Of a DNA stretch of 64,000 nucleotides, positions 20,748 to 30,879 are shown one piece after another. The stretch spans positions 136,853 through 200,852 of the forward strand of contig CAWATZ010000006.1 of NCBI GenBank assembly GCA_963784995.1, given 5' to 3'. The DNA is from an uncultured Planctomycetota bacterium (GTDB lineage Bacteria > Planctomycetota > Planctomycetia > Gemmatales > Gemmataceae). The number at the start of each line of letters is the position of its first letter. The stretch's first letter is position 1. The notes beneath the pieces were generated by a model. That model searched no databases. It saw only the letters and a program-made list of their open reading frames with translations, and had not been told where the DNA came from. The position numbers were made by a program, and so were the translations under genes.

Positions 20748-21017
20748 CTACTTCTTCCGCCGGCGAAAGAGCTGGACTTGCAACACGGTGACCGTCTGCC
20801 CATCCGCCTCAATCTGGAACCGGACGGCGAGAGGGGAAACAAAAGTGATCCGGCGACCGCCAGGCCGAGATTCTCCCTCGTTGGCAGGATCGGTGCGCAA
20901 CCGCTGTTCAAGGGTATGGCTGGCGGCTGTAATCGCCTGGCGCAGAGTTGCATCTGCCTGGGTCCACAGGATCGCCAGTTCATCCAGAGCGCTCTGGAGC
21001 CATTCGACTCGGAACAT
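20748..21017 (-). CDS. type II toxin, ParE/RelE superfamily
   Basis: 89 aa: MFRVEWLQSALDELAILWTQADATLRQAITAASHTLEQRL...ITFVSPLAVRFQIEADGQTVTVLQVQLFRRRKK. The start overlaps the antitoxin stop (TGATG). Confidence 0.65.
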   Translation of the reverse strand: MFRVEWLQSALDELAILWTQADATLRQAITAASHTLEQRLRTDPANEGESRPGGRRITFVSPLAVRFQIEADGQTVTVLQVQLFRRRKK

Positions 21018-21019
21018 CA

Positions 21020-21253
21020 CAGCTTTTCCAGATAAGCGAGGACTTCCGCTGTCGTGTGCCGATTCTCGTTGGATGCGGCGCACCGATCCAGTTCTTCCTC
21101 GCTGACGTCCGGAGAGACTGGTTCCCATTCCGACAAGTCAATCAGAGGAATGAACCGCCCCAGCACACATCCCGAAGGATCGCAAAGCTCGACAGGCTGA
21201 CCCAGCTCGTTCAGTTTGCTCGACAGGTTGGCATCAACGGCAATCTGTATCAT
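21020..21253 (-). CDS. putative antitoxin partner of the ParE-like toxin
   Basis: 78 aa small acidic protein directly upstream of the toxin, with overlapping stop/start. Confidence 0.5.
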
Positions 21254-21392
21254 GAGGAATGCTCCCTTGAATTACAGGCGTCTCTTCCTCGGCATTCTAC
21301 CCCGGCCCGTGCATCGCCGCAACCTGACAGCGATGAGATCATGGACCTGCCTCACGACTGGGGGTCCGTGAGCGAGAAGAAGCCATTGGCCA

Positions 21393-22082
21393 TCAGCCAG
21401 CAGCACTCGGGGCCCGGACTGGAATCTCCTCGATAGGGCGCGACAGACCGAGGCGGATGACGACGGGATCGCCCATCCACTGGACAATCGAGGTCAGGGC
21501 CGCGAGGCGTACCCTGGGATTGTCGCCAGCCGCCTCGGCCCGTTGCAGCAGGAAATGGTCCGTGACCGGCAGGTTGAGCCGGCCCAGGTCAGGCGGCTCG
21601 AACGAAACCCGGTAGGTCGGCTGCTCTCGTCCCTGCTTCGTCTCGCAGCTGAAGGCGATGCTGCCGGCGGACACGGCAACCCCGGCCAGGCTGCGTGTCC
21701 CGGTCCCAGGAGTGAGCCAGGCTCCCCTTGGCGTGGTCTGAAGCGGTTGACCGAAGATCAGCTGGCCCGGAGGCGTCAGGGTGGCGTTGAGGATGGCCTG
21801 ACGCTCGGCGGGGCTGGCCAGGACGCGGCGCGGCTTCAGATCGCGGACCAGCACGTCCTCCAGGTGCGGCGGCTCAGGTGTGGCCGGCCTGGGATTGACC
21901 ATTTCGCAGATTTCCCAGCGCGAATGGCCGTCCATCTGCCAGGGCGTCCAGCCGCGTTTGCGTTCCTGGGCGGCGCGAACCTCCAGAGGCCGAACCACGC
22001 AGTACTGGTTGTTCTGCTTGGTGACGCCGGCCAGGCAGTAGGCCTTGCCCATTCGCGTCCAGTCCAGCAAGATCAGATCCAT
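21393..22082 (-). CDS. hypothetical protein
   Basis: ORF starting MDLILLDWTRMGKAYCLAGV. No motif I can name. Confidence 0.4.
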   Translation of the reverse strand: MDLILLDWTRMGKAYCLAGVTKQNNQYCVVRPLEVRAAQERKRGWTPWQMDGHSRWEICEMVNPRPATPEPPHLEDVLVRDLKPRRVLASPAERQAILNATLTPPGQLIFGQPLQTTPRGAWLTPGTGTRSLAGVAVSAGSIAFSCETKQGREQPTYRVSFEPPDLGRLNLPVTDHFLLQRAEAAGDNPRVRLAALTSIVQWMGDPVVIRLGLSRPIEEIPVRAPSAAG

Positions 22083-22145
22083 GAGGCGACCCTCGCAGGG
22101 AGAGATGCTGGTCGCCATTATCGAACCCGGGGAGGCCATCGGCAA

Positions 22146-22805
22146 GTGCCTGATTCATTTTCGCCACCGACCGGCAGACTATTCAGCGTCGGCCACTCCA
22201 ACCTGGAGCTGGAGACGTTCCTCCGCCTGCTGCAAGCCGCCGGCGTGACCGTCCTGGCCGACGTGCGCTCAAGCCCGTTCAGCCGATACCGGCCCCAGTT
22301 CAACAAGGCCAGCCTGGAACAGACCAGCCCCCAGGCCGGCATTGGCTATCTCTTCCTGGGCCATCTCCTGGGAGGCCGGCCGAGCCGCGAGGATCTCTAC
22401 GATGCCGAGGGACACGTCGATTATGAGCGCGTCCGGGCGACGAAGGAGTTTCAGCAGGGACTGGAGCAGTTGCTCGCCGCTCGGGAGCGCGACAGCGTGG
22501 CGATGATGTGCAGCGAGGAAGACCCGCTCGACTGCCACCGTCTGCTGATGATCACGCCGGCCCTGGTCGAGCGCGGCCTGGAGCCGCTGCATCTGCGCAA
22601 GGATGGCTCGGTGGAAACCACCCGGGCTATGGAGGAGCGTCTGCTGGACGAAACCGAGGTGGGGAAGGAAATGCGGCAGGGGCTGTTCGCGGAGCTGTTG
22701 ACCGAGGTTGAGCGGCGGCAGATGCTGGTGGAGGCGTATCGCGCCATGAGCCGCACGAAGGGGTTTCGATTGAAACGACTCGATGAGGAGGGCGACGCAC
22801 CCTGA
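22146..22805 (+). CDS. DUF488 (YeaO-like) family protein
   Basis: GTG start with gggagg RBS giving MPDSFSPPTGRLFSVGHSNLELETFLRLLQAAGVTVLADVRSSPFSRYRPQFNK, the DUF488 N-terminal signature. The ORF-track entry 21543..22805 is an over-extension. Confidence 0.7.
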   Translation: MPDSFSPPTGRLFSVGHSNLELETFLRLLQAAGVTVLADVRSSPFSRYRPQFNKASLEQTSPQAGIGYLFLGHLLGGRPSREDLYDAEGHVDYERVRATKEFQQGLEQLLAARERDSVAMMCSEEDPLDCHRLLMITPALVERGLEPLHLRKDGSVETTRAMEERLLDETEVGKEMRQGLFAELLTEVERRQMLVEAYRAMSRTKGFRLKRLDEEGDAP

Positions 22806-23025
22806 AGTCCTGGTGCAACCGACCACTGCCGGGTGTCACGACCCGCTCTCTTCATTCCGCGCCCTCCTGGCCCGGTGCGCCGCCGCCCTGGCACGGTTGC
22901 CGCCTGTTTGATGCCACGGCGATTCTCACAGCATGAAAGTTGCCCTTGAATCTCAAGCTGTCACTTTTTCGAGGTTTCGTCACAAGGTCGGCGCCTGCTC
23001 AGGCAGGGCCTCGGGAGGACATCCC

Positions 23026-23997
23026 ATGCGAGCGATTCTGAGGACGGGGTTTGGCGGCCCGGAGAAGCTGGTCATCCGCGAGATCCCGCAGCCGGAGCCG
23101 AAAGCCGGCCACGCGGTGATCGAGGTCAAGGCGTTCGGCCTCAACCATGCCGAGCTGCACATGCGCAAGGGAGAGTGGGCCGAGATCGCCGACGTTAGTG
23201 GCATCGAGTGCGTCGGCATCGTCAAGTCCTGCCCCGGCGGTGAGTTTGCCGCGGGGACCAAGGTGGCGGCGCTGATGGGCGGGCTGGGCCGGACGATCAA
23301 CGGCAGCTACGCCGAGTACACCCGCGCGCCCGTGACGAACGTGGCGTCCATCGAGTCGGGCCTGTCGTGGGCCGACCTGGCCGCGCTCCCGGAGTCCTAC
23401 GCCACGGCCTGGACGTGTCTGTTCCGCAACCTGGAGGTCGCTGCGGGCCAGACGCTGGTCATCCGGGGGGCGACCTCGGCCTTCGGCCAGGCGGCCCTCA
23501 ACATGGCAGTCAACGCCGGGGCGAAGGTCATCGCGACCAGCCGCGGCCGGGACCGGTTCCCGATGCTGGAGGCGCTGGGCGCTGTCCGGGCGGAGGTCGA
23601 GGGGCCGGACCTTTCCAAACGGATCGCCGAGGCCGGGAAGATTGACGCCGTGCTCGACCTGGTCGGCAACAGCACCATCCTCGATTCCCTCGCCATGCTG
23701 CGCCGGGGCGGTCGCGCGTGCCTGGCCGGTTGGCTGGGCGGCCTGGCGCCGATCGCCGACTTCAACCCGCTGCTCCAGATGGCGAGCGGCGTCTACCTGA
23801 CCTTCTTCGGCAGCTTCGTGTTCGGCAAGCCGGGCTTCCCTCTGTCCGACGTGCCGCTGCAGGCGATCGCGGCCGACGTGGAGGCAGGCCGTTACAGGGC
23901 CAAGCCGTCGTGCGTGTTCCGCTTCGAGGACATCCAGGCGGCGCACCGCGTCATGGAGTCGAATGAGGCCAAAGGGAAAATGGTCGTGGTTCTGTGA
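23026..23997 (+). CDS. NADPH:quinone oxidoreductase / zinc-binding alcohol dehydrogenase family (MDR superfamily)
   Basis: [43 protein letters not shown]... [25 protein letters not shown]ossmann motif. ggagga RBS. Confidence 0.8.
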   Translation: MRAILRTGFGGPEKLVIREIPQPEPKAGHAVIEVKAFGLNHAELHMRKGEWAEIADVSGIECVGIVKSCPGGEFAAGTKVAALMGGLGRTINGSYAEYTRAPVTNVASIESGLSWADLAALPESYATAWTCLFRNLEVAAGQTLVIRGATSAFGQAALNMAVNAGAKVIATSRGRDRFPMLEALGAVRAEVEGPDLSKRIAEAGKIDAVLDLVGNSTILDSLAMLRRGGRACLAGWLGGLAPIADFNPLLQMASGVYLTFFGSFVFGKPGFPLSDVPLQAIAADVEAGRYRAKPSCVFRFEDIQAAHRVMESNEAKGKMVVVL

Positions 23998-24032
23998 GCC
24001 GTCGTTCAGATAACCCGAACCCAGGAGATCCC

Positions 24033-24956
24033 ATGATCCAAACAACGAAAGTCGCCCACCGGACGGTCAAGGTGCGTGACCTGGACGTCTTCTACCGCGA
24101 GGCCGGGCCGAAGGACGCTCCGGTGGTGCTTCTGCTGCATGGCTTCCCGACCAGCTCGCAGATGTTCCGCAACCTGATCCCGGCCCTGGCCGACCGCTAC
24201 CGCGTGCTTGCTCCCGACTACCCCGGCTTCGGCCACAGCTCGATGCCGCCGCGGGACGAGTTCGCTTACACCTTCGACAACCTCGCCGGTGTCGTCGAGG
24301 AATTCACCTCGCTGCTCGGCCTGTCGAAGTACGCCCTCTACGTGCAAGATTACGGCGCGCCGGTCGGTTACCGGCTGGCGTCCCGTCACCCGGACCGTGT
24401 CACGGCCATCGTGGTGCAAAACGGCAACGCCTACGACGAGGGACTGGAGAACGACTTCTGGAAGCCACTGAAGGCGTACTGGCAGGAGCCGACCAGCCTG
24501 GAGAAGCGGAACGCCCTGCGGGCCTTTCTCAACGTCGAGGCCACCCGCTGGCAGTACACCCACGGTGTCCCGCATCCCGAGTTCGTCTCGCCGGACGGCT
24601 GGACCACGGACCAGTATTTGCTGGATCGCAAAGGCAACGACGAGATCCAGCTCGACCTGTTCCTGAGCTACGGCAGCAACCCGCCGCTCTACCCGCAATG
24701 GCAAGAGTACTTCCGGAAGTACCAGCCGCCGATGCTGATTGTCTGGGGCAGGAACGACCAGATCTTTCCAGCGTCCGGGGCTGAGCCTTACAAGCGCGAC
24801 CTCAAGACGGTCGAGTTCCATCTGCTCGACGCCGGCCACTTCGCGCTGGAAAGCGAAGGGGACCTGATCGCTCGGCTCATGGGCGACTTCCTCGGCCGGC
24901 ACGTCGCCGCGAGGGACCAAGGCCCAAATCAGGAGGCATTACCGCATGAGGGGTGA
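24033..24956 (+). CDS. alpha/beta hydrolase (epoxide hydrolase/haloalkane dehalogenase-like)
   Basis: [39 protein letters not shown]. Nucleophile elbow [10 protein letters not shown]. Confidence 0.8.
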   Translation: MIQTTKVAHRTVKVRDLDVFYREAGPKDAPVVLLLHGFPTSSQMFRNLIPALADRYRVLAPDYPGFGHSSMPPRDEFAYTFDNLAGVVEEFTSLLGLSKYALYVQDYGAPVGYRLASRHPDRVTAIVVQNGNAYDEGLENDFWKPLKAYWQEPTSLEKRNALRAFLNVEATRWQYTHGVPHPEFVSPDGWTTDQYLLDRKGNDEIQLDLFLSYGSNPPLYPQWQEYFRKYQPPMLIVWGRNDQIFPASGAEPYKRDLKTVEFHLLDAGHFALESEGDLIARLMGDFLGRHVAARDQGPNQEALPHEG

Positions 24957-24986
24957 TCGACGGAAGATGATTGGCACGCACGTCGG

Positions 24987-25688
24987 TCACTTCCTGCCGC
25001 GAAGCAGCTCTCTGGCCCACTTTGCGTCTTCCCCTTCCAGGGGCGGCTGGGGTTCCTTGCTATAATCCACCGAGGCATCGTAGGCAGCCCGGTCGTAGCC
25101 GGACCGGAACGCGACACCAAGGTCGAGCGGCACTTCGGGTTCCTTCCCCCGCAAGGGAATGCCGATCACCGGCAGCGGGTGGCGGACGCTGACCGGCCAG
25201 AAGCGCGTCCGCGTTCGTTGATCGGCACGGGAGACAAGGATGCGGTAATCGCTCGGAGGCAGCGGCGGATCAGTGACAGAGGGAACGCCGGCGCGAAGCA
25301 GATCGATCTCAACCCAATGCACTTCCGAGTTCATGATGTCGTGACGTTTGCCCATGAAGCTGGCCCGGCCGCGGGAGCCACGGACCTTGTTGGTGGGGCT
25401 GAGGACTTCAATCACCGTGACCAGCGCTTCCAACTCCACGTGGATGATCTTCAGAAAGGCTTCTTCGACTTCCTCATCCATCAGCGTTGGGACAATCAGC
25501 GGTTCCGTGACGCGGCCTGGATCATCCTCATCAGATACGTAGACCCGCAGCTCCACCCGAGCCACGTAATGTGGCCGAAGCTGGGGATTCAAACAAGCCT
25601 GGATCTCGCTGATCAAGCAATGATGCACGTCCGGCCAGAGGGCGGGCAGCTCCAGGTACGGGTCCATTCCAGGGAACGGGGATGGCAT
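24987..25688 (-). CDS. DUF4058 family protein
   Basis: MPSPFPGMDPYLE N-terminal signature typical of DUF4058. Confidence 0.65.
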   Translation of the reverse strand: MPSPFPGMDPYLELPALWPDVHHCLISEIQACLNPQLRPHYVARVELRVYVSDEDDPGRVTEPLIVPTLMDEEVEEAFLKIIHVELEALVTVIEVLSPTNKVRGSRGRASFMGKRHDIMNSEVHWVEIDLLRAGVPSVTDPPLPPSDYRILVSRADQRTRTRFWPVSVRHPLPVIGIPLRGKEPEVPLDLGVAFRSGYDRAAYDASVDYSKEPQPPLEGEDAKWARELLRGRK

Positions 25689-25901
25689 ACTGCTTCCTTT
25701 CCGGGCGAGCTGGCTTCAGTTTGCCCGATTACTTCCCGTTTTGCCACGTCAGTCCGGATTCGGGTTATTGTTCTCTGATCGGGCGGCTCCCCTGTCCCTT
25801 CTGAGTCAAGCCATGGTTCGACTTGCTCTCGAATTCTCGCTACAATAACCTATTGACCCCGCTCACGTAACGGCGATCAGCAAACGATCGGCAGGCTCCC
25901 C

Positions 25902-28900
25902 ATGAACCCCTCCAACCCCTCGCTGCCGGACGAGCCAGAGAAGCACGCGGGCTTGCCTCCCGTCGCGCCCGATTTCGTCGAGCAGGACTTCCCCGAGACG
26001 ATCGACAACATCATCCCAACCAAGGGCTACCAGATGACCCCCATGGTCGCCCTGGGCGGCTCGGCCGGCAGCATTGGTGCGCTATCCGAGTTTTTCAAGG
26101 CCATCCCGCCGGACAGCGGCATGGTGTTCGTGGTCATCCTGCACCTGTCGCCGACCCACGTCTCGGCCATGGCCGAGCTGCTCGGGCGCTCGACGACGAT
26201 GAACGTGGCCCAGGCGGAGGACGGCCAGCAGGTGGCCCCCAACCACGTCTACGTGATCCCACCCGGCAAGTACCTGGTCACGGTCGATGGCCACTTGAAG
26301 CTGATCGCTTTCGAGAGCGAGCGCGGCAAGCGCATGGCGGTGGACCTGTTTTTTCGCTCCCTGGCCGACACGCACGGGCCGCATGCGGTGGCCGTCGTGC
26401 TGTCCGGCGCCGACGGCGACGGGGCCCTGGGGATCAAACGGATCAAGGAACGCGGCGGCCTGACCATCGCCCAGGATCCGGACGAGGCCGAGTACCCGGG
26501 CATGCCCCGCGCTTCTATCGACACCGGCATGGTCGATTGGGTCCTCGAAGTGGGGCAGATGCCGGGCCGGCTGCTCGACTATCACAAGAACGGCGACCGC
26601 TTGAAATTGCCTCCCGAGGAGGGGCCGCCCCTGCCGCAGCAACCGGCGGCGGCGGATGAGCGCGAGGCGGCGCTGCGCGACGTACTCGTCTTTCTGCGCA
26701 TGCGCACGGGGCGTGATTTCTCGTCTTACAAACGAGCGACGATCCTGCGGCGGATCGCCCGGCGAATGCAGGTCAACGGCGTGGTCGATTTGCCGGCTTA
26801 CCTGACCTACCTGCGCCACCCACCCCGGCGAGGCCGGCGCGCTGCTGCAGGACCTGCTCATCTCCGTGACCAATTTCTTCCGCGATCGGGAAGTGTTCGC
26901 GGCCCTGGAGCAGCACGTACCGGAGCTGTTCCTCCATCAAACCCAGAGTGACCTGGTGCGCGTCTGGGTGCCGGCCTGCGCGACGGGCGAAGAAGCCTAT
27001 TCCATCGCGATCCTGCTGCTGGAGCACGCCCGCCGGCTCGAGGCCCCGCCGGCGCTGCAAGTCTTCGCCTGCGATCTGGACGAGCAAGCGATCCAGACGG
27101 CCCGGGCCGGGCATTATCCCGAAGCGATCACCGCGGACGTGAGCGAGGAGCGGCTGCGGCGCTACTTTGTGAAAAACCACCAGGGCTACCGGGTGCGGCG
27201 CGAGCTGCGCGAAATGGTCCTGTTCGCCGTCCACGACCTGCTGAAAGACCCGCCGTTCTCGCGCATGGACCTGATCTCCTGCCGGAACCTGCTCATCTAC
27301 CTCGACCGCGACGCGCAGCGGCGGGTGCTGGAGACGCTGCACTTCGCCCTGAAGCCGGGGGGTCTGCTTCTGCTGGGCTCGGCGGAAGCGGTGGACGAGG
27401 GCAGTCCGCTGTTCCGCGTGCTGGACAAGAAGCACCGCCTCCACGTGCGGCAGCCGACGGCGCGGACCGGCCTGCCGCTGCCCTCGGGACCAGGTACGTT
27501 GTTTGCCGTAGTCCACGACCCCGAACCGGTGCATGCGGCACCCGTGGTGCATGGCAAACGCTTCGTGCTGGACGCGGCCGTGCCCTTCGCCGGCAATCCC
27601 AAGCCGAAGCTGGATCGCGATTCCCTGACCGAGCTGCACTTCAAGCTCATCGAACGCTTTGCTCCTCCCTCCGTGATCGTCAACGCCGAGCACGAGATCG
27701 TCCATCTCTCGGAAAACGCCGGCACCTTTCTGAAATTCGTCGGCGGCGAGCCCACCGCCAATCTGCTGCGCGTGGTGCATCCCGTGCTGCGCCTCGAGCT
27801 GCGCACCGCGCTCTTTCGTGCCGCGGAGACCAGCGCGCCGGTGGACCTGTTCGATTTGCCGGTGGAGATCGAGGGCCAGGCCAGCAAGATCGACATTCAC
27901 GTCGCGCCGGCAGCGGACCTCGCCCCGGGCTTTCTGATCGTCATCTTCAAAAAGCACGAGGCGGCCGGCGGGCCGGCGACCGCCGAAGGCAGAGCCGTTC
28001 CCAGCGAGCAGGAACCGATCGTACGGCACCTCGAACGGGAGCTGGAACAGGTCAAGGGTCGGTTGCGCGACACCGTCGAGCAGTATGAGGCCTCGACCGA
28101 AGAGCTGAAGGCCAGCAACGAAGAGCTGCAAGCGATGAACGAGGAACTCCGCTCGGCCACCGAGGAGCTGGAAACCAGCCGGGAGGAGCTGCAGTCCATC
28201 AACGAGGAGCTGACCACGGTCAACCAGGAGATGAAGGGTAAGGTGGATGAGCTGGCCCACGCCAATTCCGATCTGCAAAACCTGATGGCCTCGACCTCCA
28301 TCGCCACGGTCTTTCTCGACCGCAGCCTGGCGATCACGCGCTATACCCCCAACGCAACCGACATTTTCCACGTGATCCCGGGCGACGTGGGCCGGCCGCT
28401 GGACCACCTGAAGCATCGGCTCGACTACCCCGAGCTGCTCGCCGACGCCGAACAGGTGCTGCGCACGCTCGTGCCCATCGAACGGGAAGTGCGCGATGAT
28501 GGGCGCTGGTATCTGGCCCGCTTCCAGCCTTACCGGACGCTGGAGGATCAGATTGCCGGCGCGGTGCTGACGCTCGTGGACGTGACCGAACGCAACCGGA
28601 CGATCGAGGCGCTGCGCCAGTCCGAGGAGCGGATGCGTCTCGTGATCGAAAGCGCCAAGGATTTCGCGATCTTCACCACCAACCTGGAGCGGCGGGTGGA
28701 CAGCTGGAACAGCGGCGCGGAGGCCATGTTCGGCTACGCGGAAAGCGAAATCGTTGGGAAGTCCGCGGACATCCTGTTCACTCCCGAGGACCGTGCCCGG
28801 GGCGACCCGGAGCGGGAGATCCAAACGGTCCGGGACCAGGGCCGGGCGGGCAACGAACGCTGGCACACCCGCAAGGACGGCTCGCGCTTCTACGGCTCCG

Positions 28901-29166
28901 GCTCGGTCATGCCGCTGCGCGACAAGGCCGGCGCCCTGCGCGGCTACGTGAAGATCATGCGGGACCTCACCGAGAGCAAGCGGACGCAAGAAGAGCTGCG
29001 TGAACAGATGGGCGAGCTGAAGCGCTTCAATGCGGTGGCCGTGGGCCGGGAAACGCGGATGATCGAACTGAAAAAAGAAATGAACGAACTCCGTGCCCGG
29101 CTTGGAGAACCGGCACGCTATTCGCTAGAAGTAGAGGAACAGGGGGAAAGGACGGGCAAACCATGA
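25902..29166 (+). pseudogene. CheB methylesterase-CheR methyltransferase fusion with coiled-coil and PAS domains; one frameshift near 26812
   Basis: CheB domain (MVALGGSAGSIGALSEFF...AVAVVLSGADGDGALGIKRIKERGGLTIAQDP) in 25902..26951. CheR continues in the next frame ([34 protein letters not shown]...RVWVPACATGEEAYSIAILLLE). Followed by a long coiled coil and PAS (DFAIFTTNLERRVDSWNSGAEAMFGY). An extra C in cgcCacccacccc breaks the frame. Confidence 0.75.
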
Positions 29167-30609
29167 GCCTGGCACCGGACTCGCCGAGCGGGGACGAGGT
29201 GGAATCCCGCGTGCGTGCGCGCACCACGGAGCTATCGCGGAGCAACGAGAAGCTGCGCGAAGAACTGCGGCAGCTGCACCAGACCAGTGCCGAGCTGCTG
29301 CGCCGCCTGCACGAGGCCACGCTGGGCAGGCAGACGGACCGGGAGATCCGCCGGGCGACGCTGAACCTGCTGGAAGACGCGGTGGAGGCCCACACCGCGG
29401 AGCAAGAGGAGAATGCCAAACGCCGCCGGATCGAAGAGGAATTGCGGCAAGCCAACCGCCGCAAGGATGAGTTCCTGGCGACGCTGGCCCACGAGCTGCG
29501 CAATCCCCTCGTGCCCATTCGCAATTGCCTGCACCTGCTGCGCTTCGGCGGACTCGATGGCCCGGCGGTGGCGCGGGCCTGCGAGATGATGGAGCGGCAG
29601 GTCAACCACGTGGTCCGGCTGGTGGACGACCTGATGGAAGTGTCGCGCATCACGCGCGGCCGGATCGAGCTGCGCAAGGAGCCGGTCGAACTCGCCGCGG
29701 TCGTGCAAAATGCCGTCGAAATCAGCAAGCCGCTCATCGAAGCCGGCCGGCACCAGTTCACCCTTCGCCTGCCGCCGGAGCCGCTGGTTCTGGATGCCGA
29801 TCCGGTCCGGATGGCCCAGCTGCTGAGCAATCTGCTGAACAACGCGGCCAAGTACACCAACGAGGGCGGCCAGGTCGGGCTGACCGCCTGGCGTGAGGGG
29901 TCGAACGTCCTGGTGTCGGTCAAGGACAATGGCATCGGCATTGCCGCCGACATGCTGCCAACGATTTTCGACACGTTCACCCAGGCGAACCGCACCTACG
30001 ACCGCGTCCAGGGCGGCCTGGGGATTGGGCTGACGCTGGTCCGCAGTCTGGTGGAAATGCATGGCGGCAGCGTCGAGGCCTGGAGCGAGGGTCTGGGCCG
30101 GGGAAGCGAGTTCGTGGTCCGCCTCCCCCTGAGAGAAAGGCCGGCCAAACGGGAGGTGGACCGCCGGGCCAGCCGGTCCACGGCATTATCCCACCGGATC
30201 CTCGTGGTCGATGACAACTCCGACGCGGCCGAGAGCGTGGGCATGGTGCTGCAGCTCCTGGGGGCAGACGCTGCGCATTGCCAACGATGGCCCGGCCGCT
30301 CTGGAGGCGATCCCCTGTTTTCGGCCGGCCGCGGTCCTGCTCGACGTGGGCATGCCGGGAATGGACGGTCTGGAGGTCGCCCGGCGGATGCGCCAGCAAC
30401 CCGAGGGCCGGGACCTGGTCCTGATCGCCCTGACGGGCTGGGGCCAGGAGGAAGATCGGCGCAAGTGCAAGGAGGCTGGCTTCGACCACCACCTGGTCAA
30501 GCCGGTGAATCTGGACGTCTTGCGGGAAATCCTGACCGCGCTGCCGCAGCGGCGCGACTCCTCCGCACAGCCGCTTGCGGCTGTGGGAACAGACGCCGTG
30601 CTCAAATAA
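29163..30609 (+). pseudogene. hybrid histidine kinase (HisKA + HATPase_c + C-terminal receiver); frameshift in a G5 run near 30265
   Basis: H-box [28 protein letters not shown]. Receiver [57 protein letters not shown] continues in the 30211..30609 frame. Start overlaps the upstream stop (ATGA). Confidence 0.75.
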
Positions 30610-30687
30610 TGTAAATCCAACACTTTCTTTGCTCGGGCGGTTGTCCGGACCAGGGCCCGCGCCTACGATAGAGACGGAAGAGTTGGT

Positions 30688-30776
30688 GGCCGAGCCGCGC
30701 ACGCAGCGCAGCGGAGTAAGCGGTGCGGGAGCCTGCAGGGCCGCTTACTCCGCTGCGCTGCGTGCGCGGCTCGGCC
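30688..30776. repeat. 36-bp perfect inverted repeat (ggccgagccgcgcacgcagcgcagcggagtaagcgg / ccgcttactccgctgcgctgcgtgcgcggctcggcc) with 17-nt loop, between the kinase gene and the MVP gene
   Basis: Direct reading. Possible terminator/insulator or REP-like element. Confidence 0.8.
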
Positions 30777-30879
30777 TTTCTTCTCCGGCGCAGGCCGGGG
30801 ACACAGCAGAAAGCCCACGCATGTCCTGCGTTCCCATACTGTCTCCTTTCTCTCTCCCCAACAACTGGAGGAAGTTCCA

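Noticed and set aside
30688-30776. 36-bp hairpin as a riboswitch or tRNA-like structure
   Set aside because: It is a simple perfect stem-loop with no multi-stem junction. It is kept only as a repeat/terminator candidate.
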